Shown piece by piece: positions 1 through 7,987 of a stretch of 64,000 nucleotides of DNA. This DNA is from Candidatus Aminicenantes bacterium (GTDB taxonomy: Bacteria; Acidobacteriota; Aminicenantia; Aminicenantales; JAFGBC01), in contig OY969696.1 in the NCBI GenBank assembly GCA_963702005.1, positions 160,001 to 224,000 on the forward strand, given 5' to 3'. Each line of letters starts with the position of its first letter. Position 1 is the stretch's first letter. The position numbers were made by a program, and so were the translations under genes. Under the pieces are notes generated by a model that saw only the letters and a program-made list of their open reading frames with translations, searched no databases and was not told the origin of the DNA.

Positions 1-1436
1 GCAAAATCATGCGGTCGATTCTTCCCTGTGTTCCAGCGAAGTTCTGCTTTTTTGGGATATTTGTACTCCAGCAAATTGGATAAGAGATTTTCTATCATCT
101 TTCTTGAAAGCAGCAGGCAGGCGTTAAATAATTTTGTTGAATAGCACGCGTTGATTTCTCTTTCAAGGGGTTCATAAAACACCCAGGGGTAGTTTTTAGA
201 AAATGCCAATAACTCTTCAGTCTCAATCTTTTTTGTCTCAGGCAGGGTTTTCCTTTTCTTAACTGGCAAATTTTTATTTTCTTTTCTTTTCCTGTTCTCT
301 ACAAAGAGTTCAATCGATTTATATATAAACTTTTTCAGATCTTCCCATGCTTCGTTTTCAACGATACCTTCACGAGTAGTCGTATCAATGATTTCCGGAT
401 TATTCTTCTTGGACAACTTAACAAAACCTATAATCTGATTGTATCCCGGATAGTTGGAGGGATCGTTCACTCTGAGCTTGTCCAGCCCTGCCCAGTCTCC
501 GGTTAGATTTACTTTAAAACCATCTCTGTACAGAAAAAGGCCGCTGAATCGGTCAAGAATATTTTTCACATTCTTAATGCTTACACTTTCAGGATAATTC
601 CCTCTTTTATCACGATAGAAAAAATAAAGATCAAACTCTGCCGAACCACATTTCATATTTCCCAAGTTAAAATATGATCTTTCGATTTTGCCTTTGCGGG
701 CTGATAATCTAAAATCTACGGTACCATCTGGTCTGAGAGTTGATTTGAATTTATAGACATTAATAGCGAGAAAACGATTCTGAAGCTTTTTAATAGTACA
801 GGGGGAATTACCAACAAATACTTTCACTTTGAAATTGGGAATATACTTGACCGGAGGCAGCAGCAAGCCCAGAGTCCTCTGAAAATCATCAATTCTGGAA
901 GCATTCCAGCGTTCTCGAAGATTCCCAAGAACTATTTCAAAACCGTGCTCTTTTTTCTTTTTCGGGAAGCTGAATGCCTGGTTTGGTATCTTGTCAAACG
1001 GGCCACCCTTCTCATATTCATCCCAGTCAATTTTAACGCTGAAGCCATATTTTTCATTTTCAGGTTTAGAGATAACATCGATAGAATGCGCAAGTTTCTC
1101 AGTAGCAAACCTTCCTATTCCTTTTTCGCCTACCTTCTGCCTCCTGTATTTATGGGTGAGAGGCTTTTTTTCTTTATCATCTGTCGCAACGGTCATCCAC
1201 GTGTTTTCAAATTCCTGAAAACTCAATCCGCTGCCATTATCGATCACACGGATCTTCCCATGTTCCGATTCGGAATTCTCAAAAATGATCTTCACTTCCG
1301 TTGCATCTGCGTCCCATGAATTCTTTACAACCTCACATAAAGCAACAATTGAATTTGAGACAGATTCCCGTCCCAGGAGGCGTGCTATCTTACCCTTGAA
1401 TTTAAAATAAAGCGGATCCAGTTTTTCAGGTTCCAT
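1..1436 (-). CDS. GHKL (HSP90/MORC-like) ATPase with a C-terminal DUF4145/HEPN-like helical domain; runs off the left window edge
   Basis: Not in the ORF track. Manual translation gives MEPEKLDPLYFKFKGKIARLLGRESVS..ALCEVVKNSWDADA..IDNGSGL..GEKGIGRF (GHKL motifs I-III) and a C-terminal part EREINACYS..FNACLLLSRKMIENLL. The start overlaps the dcm stop. Confidence 0.85.
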   Translation of the reverse strand, partial: MEPEKLDPLYFKFKGKIARLLGRESVSNSIVALCEVVKNSWDADATEVKIIFENSESEHGKIRVIDNGSGLSFQEFENTWMTVATDDKEKKPLTHKYRRQKVGEKGIGRFATEKLAHSIDVISKPENEKYGFSVKIDWDEYEKGGPFDKIPNQAFSFPKKKKEHGFEIVLGNLRERWNASRIDDFQRTLGLLLPPVKYIPNFKVKVFVGNSPCTIKKLQNRFLAINVYKFKSTLRPDGTVDFRLSARKGKIERSYFNLGNMKCGSAEFDLYFFYRDKRGNYPESVSIKNVKNILDRFSGLFLYRDGFKVNLTGDWAGLDKLRVNDPSNYPGYNQIIGFVKLSKKNNPEIIDTTTREGIVENEAWEDLKKFIYKSIELFVENRKRKENKNLPVKKRKTLPETKKIETEELLAFSKNYPWVFYEPLEREINACYSTKLFNACLLLSRKMIENLLSNLLEYKYPKKAELRWNTGKNRPHDF

Positions 1437-2826
1437 GGATATCGTCCTCCTGATTTAAATGTATTTTCCTCAATTCTTTTAAGATAACTCCGGCTACGAT
1501 ACGGGCTAATAGAGGAGGAACGGCATTACCGACCTGCTTAAATTGATTGGTCCTGAAGCCTTCAAATTTAAAATTATCAGGAAAGGATTGACATCTTGCC
1601 GCCTCTCTTACAGTAAAAGACCTGCACTGGTGGATATCGGGGTGAATATAATGATGCCCGTCCTTACAGATATGCGCTGTAATTGTTGAAGATGGGCGAT
1701 CCCACCACTGAACCCTGAATCTGTCAAAAAATTTATCAAGATGCTTATGTTCAGGAACAAGTTCAGGTCTTTCTTTCATGAGAACCTTCAAATTTGCTGC
1801 TCCGTTTCCATTTCTCTGGTGTTCGATAAAGAATCTGTATCTTTTAAGGTCATCCTTCATATGCGGTCTTGCCCTGTGATTTATGATTCCCGCAGATTCC
1901 TTTCTCATTTTTTTCCGATAGGATCTCTGATTTGCCTCTGTATCATAACGTCCATACCACTTATCACTTCCCTCCCCCGGTCTAATAGAGGGCAGATCAT
2001 CAATGGCATCCCTGACTGTGAGGTGGCCTAGTTTTCTTTTTCTAATTGCTTTCTTCTGCAATTTAGTAAATATTTCTTTTATATTCGGACTCCTCCGCTC
2101 AAGAGACTTCCTATATCCTACAAGAAACAGCCTTTTTCTGCTCTGCGGAATTTTAAAATCGGCACTATCAAGAATATAACTGCAAGGGTCTTCATAAATT
2201 CGCTCCAGAGGGGGCGTGATTTCATAAGCAGGATTTAATGATGAAAAATCTTCCAGCATTCTGCTGAATATTTCTCTTCCTCTTGCTCTCGCTGTGAAAA
2301 GTCCCGGAACATTCTCATACACAAAAAAGTCAGGCTGAAGGCGTTCAATAATTTCAAGATAGTACCTGTAAAGGTAATGCCTTCCGTCATTTTCCATCCT
2401 GAATGGATCTCTAGCCCTGCCCGCAATGGAATAGGGCTGACAGGGTGGACCTCCAAGAAGCACATGGATTTTTGATGCACCATGATATTTCTTGCTGGAT
2501 TCAATTCTCTCCAGTATCTGCTCTGTTTCATCGTCTCCGAAAGCTGCCTGAATAACACGACAGGAAATCTTTTGTTTTATTTCGGGGAATCTGTTCAGAA
2601 TTTCATTTATAGAAGCCTTCCCCTGCAGATATCTGTGATAGAGAAATCCCTTTCCTATTTTCCTCAATTCCCAGTAAAGATGGCGTGTTTTAAGACTCTT
2701 ACATGCCCATTTATCCATTTCAACTTGGGCAATAACCTGAAATCCTGCCTGAATGAACCCCTCGCTGAGGCCACCGCAACCGGCAAAAAGGTCAACCGCA
2801 AAAAAGTTATTTTTATGTATCCTCAT
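1426..2826 (-). CDS. dcm: DNA (cytosine-5)-methyltransferase
   Basis: Motifs DLFAGCGG (I), GGPPCQ (IV), ENVPG (VI), QSRKR (VIII), REAARCQSFPD and QVGNAVPP (IX-X). Confidence 0.97.
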   Translation of the reverse strand: MRIHKNNFFAVDLFAGCGGLSEGFIQAGFQVIAQVEMDKWACKSLKTRHLYWELRKIGKGFLYHRYLQGKASINEILNRFPEIKQKISCRVIQAAFGDDETEQILERIESSKKYHGASKIHVLLGGPPCQPYSIAGRARDPFRMENDGRHYLYRYYLEIIERLQPDFFVYENVPGLFTARARGREIFSRMLEDFSSLNPAYEITPPLERIYEDPCSYILDSADFKIPQSRKRLFLVGYRKSLERRSPNIKEIFTKLQKKAIRKRKLGHLTVRDAIDDLPSIRPGEGSDKWYGRYDTEANQRSYRKKMRKESAGIINHRARPHMKDDLKRYRFFIEHQRNGNGAANLKVLMKERPELVPEHKHLDKFFDRFRVQWWDRPSSTITAHICKDGHHYIHPDIHQCRSFTVREAARCQSFPDNFKFEGFRTNQFKQVGNAVPPLLARIVAGVILKELRKIHLNQEDDIHGT

Positions 2827-3493
2827 CTACCTTCACAATGGAAAATATCTTTTCAAGCTTATTAAAAAGCTCTTCCTTCGGAAAAACCGTCGTATCTTTA
2901 TCCGCAAATTCTATATGGATCGTTTTGGTGAGGGGTCTCAGCCAGTTCTGTCTGGACCTAACATCGCACTCTTTTGCTTTTTCTCCGAGCCATTCTATTA
3001 TACGATGATCATTTTTTGTTTCGCTCCTGTCGAAAAATTCACTCCAAGATGTCCAGTCGCCGGCCATTTTAACAAACTCCCATGGAAATTTTGAAAGCCG
3101 GTAACAGTAAGAAAAATGACTCGTGGATGGGTCTCTCTTTGCCCTTTCTGAAAGTGGACCTGGCGCAAGTTTTCCGGCATGATCATAAAGTGCCCTCCAG
3201 ATAAAATCCCTGTCGCCGGGTGCAATGAGCGAGGTGTCATCAACAAAGTCAAGCCTTTTACCCACCTCGTACCATAATTTCAGTACTTCTCCTTTTTTCC
3301 CCTTTAATGATAAAAGCTCGCAATTTTTCATTTCGTGCTCAATCTCTCTCAACTTATTGGAAAGAAATTCGTCAAGTTTTTCGGCTTTAACCTTTCCTTC
3401 CTGAGTAACCAGTTTGCCCGGCTGAGCCCTGTATACTTTTACAGTGTATTCCTTCCCTTCGATTATCTTCTCTTCCCTGATGATCACCGCCAT
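2813..3493 (-). CDS. Hypothetical protein, weak resemblance to the DUF1016/YhcG N-terminal domain
   Basis: 226 aa ORF tightly coupled between the ATPase gene and dcm; segments LWYEVGKRL and WTSWSEF. Confidence 0.7.
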   Translation of the reverse strand: MAVIIREEKIIEGKEYTVKVYRAQPGKLVTQEGKVKAEKLDEFLSNKLREIEHEMKNCELLSLKGKKGEVLKLWYEVGKRLDFVDDTSLIAPGDRDFIWRALYDHAGKLAPGPLSERAKRDPSTSHFSYCYRLSKFPWEFVKMAGDWTSWSEFFDRSETKNDHRIIEWLGEKAKECDVRSRQNWLRPLTKTIHIEFADKDTTVFPKEELFNKLEKIFSIVKVDEDT

Positions 3494-3495
3494 AA

Positions 3496-5478
3496 TCAGA
3501 TTTCTCCTCGCCTGAATTTAAAAAGTATTTCACCCACAACCTTCCTTTCCTGCTTCAGAATTTCCTGGGGATCATCCCTTTGTTCTTCTATGAAAATAAT
3601 GGTTCTTTCCTGAAGAAGGTCATACCTGCAAATTTCAGGGGCCGCTATTCTCAAAATGTATTCGGCAAGATCTTCCTCATTTTCAGAAACCGGCGTATAG
3701 CTCGGATGGTTCACATTATAATAAAGAATCAGCCCTCTTTCGCTGCCATATTCACTGTATCCCATCCAGTATTTTATCGGTTCCTCATCAGGAAAACCGA
3801 AGGCCTCGCATCTTTCAAATAAACCTTTTGTCGGGGGGTCTTCCTCCAGATAAAAACTTTTCGTTTTGTAATCCAGCTCCGTTCCCTTATCCTCTTCTCT
3901 CATCGATAAAATCCTTGCCACCACCGTATATTTGCCCGCATCTGGATAATCTATTTTTTTGAATGTCTCCTCAAAAGGTCCGATGTCCGTCGTTGTAGAA
4001 TTTGCTCTCACGGTGATATCTTCCTCTGCAAAAGTTTTGAGAGGCTTATCGAAATATCTCAAAAATAGTTTCACACGGATATATGCGTCCTGAGAAGAGT
4101 CATTTATCACACGCATCTTGATGTTTTTTACGGGTTCACCGTAATTGATTCTCAGATCGCCGGGACGCGGCAGTGACAGTTCCTCAATCTGAACTCGTAT
4201 CACTCTGGGAACTCTCTCGCCGCCCGGTCCCTCTCTGGTAACCCCCGGCCCCAGTCCGATACCCAGATCGCGTGCAAAGTTGTTGGCAGCCAGGAGTGCT
4301 CTCCTCTCGGCATTTCTCTGCTGCTGTCTTCTTATTTCCCTTTCATCAATTCGGTATCCGAGTTTTTCCTGTGCAAATCTTACTATTTCATCCTCAATGT
4401 ATCTTTTGATTGCTCCCGGCAGAGAACGCCTGAAATCATATGAATAATGCTCGATTCCCTCATCCGAGATAAGATCCTCTTCTGTGGACGAATCCACCGT
4501 GATATATCCATAAAGTTTTTCTGCGATTTCCCTCCCTAAATATCTGGGTTCTATGCTGCATATCTTCATTCCGTCTCTCTGGATGGCAATACCCCGGATA
4601 TCTTCCGGGACTATCTCGTTCCTTCTGTAAATGATGTGAAGTTTTCTTACACGGAAAAGTGGCGTTCTCGCATTCTCCTGTATCCATACCTTGTATTCCT
4701 GCGAATCCCTTTCTGGAAGAGCAAACTCGGATGGGATTCCAGCAGGATACTCTCTCTGCTGCACCCGGACCGAAATTCTTGCGCCATACTTCTGAATAAT
4801 CTCCCACCATGTCTCTCCAATATTCCTGAGAAATTTTCCGTTTTTAATATCCCTAACAACCTCATCAACCGGCTCAACAATTATTACCCTTGCTCCCACA
4901 GTATTGAGAGGCTCAATAATTCCTCCCGTCATCTCTCTCAGCATCCTTCTTCCATCATCATTCTCATATGCGGCAACCGGCGATTCAGTTCTGATAACCG
5001 TTCTGAAGCCGAATCGATATAAGCCGTCATCTCTGAGCGTATCGTACAAAATGGTATGTTCTTTCGATGCTCCCACAAATATGAATTTTCCGCGCCCCCT
5101 TGAGCCCAGGGTTCTTTCCTCTCTTGGCTGTGTGAAGGCAACTCCTTCAAAACGTCCCCATCTTTCCTCTCCCGGAAGATCAAGCTCATACTCTTGCAGT
5201 GTCAAAATTCGACCAGTCAAACCCTTTGTACCAGCATCTGTCATAAGAAGGAATATTTTGCCTTCCTTCTCCACGAGTTCATAAACAAAAGACCAGTCAT
5301 TTCCCCTTTTGTTCTTTCTTGCGCTCCAGCTATTCTGAATGGCATCCTTCTGAACAGCATTAGAAATTGTTGTATAAGCCCTGTATCCATCCACTATCGC
5401 CCTGATCTGCTCTGGCCAGTTAAAAACAGTTCTCCGTACCTCAACACCGGCCAGATAACGATCAATCATTCTGGACAT
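3496..5478 (-). CDS. Divergent GHKL-family ATPase with a long uncharacterised C-terminus
   Basis: DAIQNSWSAR, MTDAGTKGLT and LGSRGRGK match GHKL motifs. Start placed at MSRMIDR after a GGGGA RBS-like sequence. Confidence 0.8.
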   Translation of the reverse strand: MSRMIDRYLAGVEVRRTVFNWPEQIRAIVDGYRAYTTISNAVQKDAIQNSWSARKNKRGNDWSFVYELVEKEGKIFLLMTDAGTKGLTGRILTLQEYELDLPGEERWGRFEGVAFTQPREERTLGSRGRGKFIFVGASKEHTILYDTLRDDGLYRFGFRTVIRTESPVAAYENDDGRRMLREMTGGIIEPLNTVGARVIIVEPVDEVVRDIKNGKFLRNIGETWWEIIQKYGARISVRVQQREYPAGIPSEFALPERDSQEYKVWIQENARTPLFRVRKLHIIYRRNEIVPEDIRGIAIQRDGMKICSIEPRYLGREIAEKLYGYITVDSSTEEDLISDEGIEHYSYDFRRSLPGAIKRYIEDEIVRFAQEKLGYRIDEREIRRQQQRNAERRALLAANNFARDLGIGLGPGVTREGPGGERVPRVIRVQIEELSLPRPGDLRINYGEPVKNIKMRVINDSSQDAYIRVKLFLRYFDKPLKTFAEEDITVRANSTTTDIGPFEETFKKIDYPDAGKYTVVARILSMREEDKGTELDYKTKSFYLEEDPPTKGLFERCEAFGFPDEEPIKYWMGYSEYGSERGLILYYNVNHPSYTPVSENEEDLAEYILRIAAPEICRYDLLQERTIIFIEEQRDDPQEILKQERKVVGEILFKFRRGEI

Positions 5479-5491
5479 TTTTATCCCCCTT

Positions 5492-5710
5492 TCATAATTT
5501 AAATTTCTCTTCCTTTGAGAAGAAGAATTTTGACTTTGCTTCCTTAACCTTTTTTTCAATTGCTGAAAATATTATATCCACCTCTTCTTCGGTATAATCA
5601 TAATACTGTCTGTTGGCACAGTTAGACAGCACCCTCAGTTTCTGGAGAACCGCATTTGTTCTCGCTGCTGCAATACGCTTAAATCTTTCCTTTGAAGTTT
5701 CTGCTTTCAT
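5492..5710 (-). CDS. Small helical protein leading the defence-like operon
   Basis: 72 aa, GGGGAG RBS, AT-rich upstream region; sequence KERFKRIAAARTNAVLQKLRVLSNCANRQYYDY. Confidence 0.75.
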   Translation of the reverse strand: MKAETSKERFKRIAAARTNAVLQKLRVLSNCANRQYYDYTEEEVDIIFSAIEKKVKEAKSKFFFSKEEKFKL

Positions 5711-6118
5711 AAATTAGTCTCCCCTTAAAATATATATCATATATTTATAACGATTACCGCATTTTTAAATTACTGCATATTTATAAAAATTGAAATGGTT
5801 TCCATGAAAAAATAAAGCGTCAAATCCGTTCATTCGATATTTTACGAAATAGGGAGGTCCAGGGAAATCCGGCCTCCGCCCGCCTCATCACTTCCCAGGA
5901 CGTCCAAATCCAGGGTAAATTTCGCTTCTGCGCATCTTTAAATGGCCGAACAGAACTCCACGACCCACTGGAAACCCGGAAAACAACGGTTTTTGGCCCG
6001 TGGCCGGAAAAACGAGGCTCTAGGAAGCTCGTAGAACAGAGATCTTATATTGGGCAGGGCTTTTGCCTTGGGGATTTTATCCCTTGTCGCCCTGTCAGGT
6101 AATCAGCGAGCACCTGGA

Positions 6119-6340
6119 CTAACGCCACTCGACTATCTTCCTCCATCGTCTTTCCCCGTCCTCTATCTCTCCTTCCATCTGCGCATCAAGACGCTTCCGG
6201 TCAATCCTCCAGCCCACTCCCTTGAGCTTAATGGCTGGCAGCCGGTGGGAACTAATAAGACTGTAAACAGTCATCGGATGGACGGAAAGATATTCGGCCA
6301 CTTCGCGCGGCTTCATCCATCTCCTTTCTCGCTTTTCCAT
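6119..6340 (-). CDS. Excisionase-like MerR/HTH_17 DNA-binding protein
   Basis: WMKPREVAEYLSVHPMTVYSLISSHRLPAIKLKGVGWRIDRKRLD; GGAGG RBS. Confidence 0.88.
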   Translation of the reverse strand: MEKRERRWMKPREVAEYLSVHPMTVYSLISSHRLPAIKLKGVGWRIDRKRLDAQMEGEIEDGERRWRKIVEWR

Positions 6341-6406
6341 TGCGTCCTCCCAAGCGAGAAGCATATTGCGGATTCCGTGTTTGATTCAATTGACCGGCTC
6401 CAAATA

Positions 6407-6415
6407 TGCTATAAT
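6407..6415 (+). promoter_or_regulatory. Extended -10 promoter (TGcTATAAT) upstream of the conserved structured element
   Basis: Exact TGnTATAAT match. Confidence 0.5.
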
Positions 6416-6420
6416 TCATA

Positions 6421-6545
6421 TGGTTCTCTTGTGCCGGCTGGGGAGAGCCCCCACCTTGATGGTTTCCATCAAAACCCCCCTTTTGCTGACACAGCCGGCA
6501 TCTTCTCCAGCATAGAAAGCGACCTGGAACTCCTGAATTCCGAGG
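6421..6545 (+). ncRNA. Putative structured non-coding element, copy A (family unknown, strand inferred)
   Basis: GTGCCGGCTG (6431-6440) pairs with CAGCCGGCAT (6492-6501) around an internal hairpin TTGATGG-TTT-CCATCAA; homologous to 28418-28540. Confidence 0.45.
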
Positions 6546-6672
6546 CAATCCAAGGACTCAAACTTTGGCTACGTAACATATTTAAAGCATCATGCCCCAT
6601 TTATTAACATAATCCTCCCTGCCATTCGCGGACTCGTTCCGTTGGATGGCAGGAATTATCATATTGATTTCT

Positions 6673-7224
6673 ATGACGCACGAAAAATCCGCGATATTCA
6701 TCGACGGAGGGTATCTGAATCAAGTTCTCAAGAAGCATTTTAAGGAAAAGGAAATAGATTTCCTCAAGCTATGCGAGAATATCTGCGAAAAGACAGAAAC
6801 CAAGCGACTGAGGACCTATTACTACCACTGCCTGCCCTTGCAAAGAAAGGACAATACTGAGGACACGCGAAGAATACAGAATATGGAAAAGTTCCTTACA
6901 AAGCTCAGAAGGCTTCCGCGCTTCGAAGTCAAGCTAGGAAGGCTCCAGCTCATCGGCGGTTTCTTCAAGCAGAAGATGGTCGACATTCTCATGTCGCTTG
7001 ATATCGTAGACCTTTGTTACTCTCATCAGATTCAGCACGCAATTCTCGTTGCCGGGGACGCCGATTTCGTCCCAGCGGTCAAACAGGCAAGGGAATCAGG
7101 AGCGATAATCCACCTTTTCTACCATCCCGAGACCGTCCATCACAAGATACTCGACCACGTCGACGAGAGACACGAGCTGACCAACGAATTCATTGAGAAA
7201 TGCAAACAAAAGGAACACTCATGA
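6673..7224 (+). CDS. NYN-domain (LabA/DUF88, PIN-like) ribonuclease
   Basis: IFIDGGY, QKMVDILMSLD, LVAGDADFVPAV. Confidence 0.93.
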   Translation: MTHEKSAIFIDGGYLNQVLKKHFKEKEIDFLKLCENICEKTETKRLRTYYYHCLPLQRKDNTEDTRRIQNMEKFLTKLRRLPRFEVKLGRLQLIGGFFKQKMVDILMSLDIVDLCYSHQIQHAILVAGDADFVPAVKQARESGAIIHLFYHPETVHHKILDHVDERHELTNEFIEKCKQKEHS

Positions 7225-7280
7225 GAGCGGGCCGGGTGCACAACCTTAGATTCTATGGGACCGAGACGATGATCGACAAC

Positions 7281-7472
7281 TGTGCCCAAACTGTGCCCAA
7301 ACCGCGTCTAAAATATCGAAAAACATCAAAGACTATCGAACTCCATCGAAACCTGATTCAGGAGCTAAAATGCAGATTTTCATGAAATAGCCTTATTTTC
7401 CAGGTGTGGGCTTTTTCCGTAGCCGCCTACACACGGTAGGAGTCACAGGTTCAAATCCTGTATCGCCCACCA
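7281..7472 (+). repeat. att-like module 1: arm-type repeats + 10-bp phased repeats + tRNA-Val(CAC) 3' half (7428-7472)
   Basis: TGTGCCCAAACTGTGCCCAAA; aaatatcgaa/aaacatcaaa/gactatcgaa/ctccatcgaa; CACACGGTAGGAGTCACAGGTTCAAATCCTGTATCGCCCACCA with no tRNA 5' half. Confidence 0.9.
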
Positions 7473-7659
7473 TATTCTTTTCAACCACTTGCACGATCCC
7501 GCGTCCCGGTAAAACGACGGGTGTGGCCCCTCCGTCATGATTGCCGGGATTGAATTGCGATGCGGGTGACACGCACCAGAAATCAATATTCAGCCGCCAG
7601 CGCTGCTCCCTCCTTCCCTTTTTCCCCTCTTTGTGCCTAACTTATTTCTTAAGCTGCTT

Positions 7660-7971
7660 CTATAATTTTACTTCACTAATCTGAATCGAGGGCTGGATGT
7701 CGGTGAAGTTTGGAATATCTCCCATAATCGCTTGGGCGTGCGGGCCAAAGGCAGTTTGAAATGACTCTACCGAATCGAAATATAGATGAAACATGACGAG
7801 ATAGGTTGCCCGTGATCCAGGCTCTGCGCCCCCCAGTCCCTGTTCTACGGCCACACGCTTAAACGCAGCCCCTAACTTTTGTTGGATCATGGGGATGTGC
7901 TCATTAAAATAGTACCCCATATCAAATTTTTTGCCTTCTTCATTCGGATAAAACACACTGACTTTGATCAC
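7660..7971 (-). CDS. EthD-family protein
   Basis: VIKVSVFYPN..FDMGYYFNEHIP..DIPNFTDIQPSIQISEV; GTG start after AAGGAGG. Confidence 0.9.
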   Translation of the reverse strand: MIKVSVFYPNEEGKKFDMGYYFNEHIPMIQQKLGAAFKRVAVEQGLGGAEPGSRATYLVMFHLYFDSVESFQTAFGPHAQAIMGDIPNFTDIQPSIQISEVKL

Positions 7972-7987
7972 TTGTCTGTCCTCCTTC

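Noticed and set aside
6421-6545. c-di-GMP-I or another known riboswitch
   Set aside because: A GCAAAA..GGAAAC resemblance exists on the minus strand, but the downstream consensus is absent; left unassigned
7428-7472. Functional tRNA-Val genes at the repeats
   Set aside because: No 5' acceptor strand, D-arm or complete anticodon stem precedes any copy
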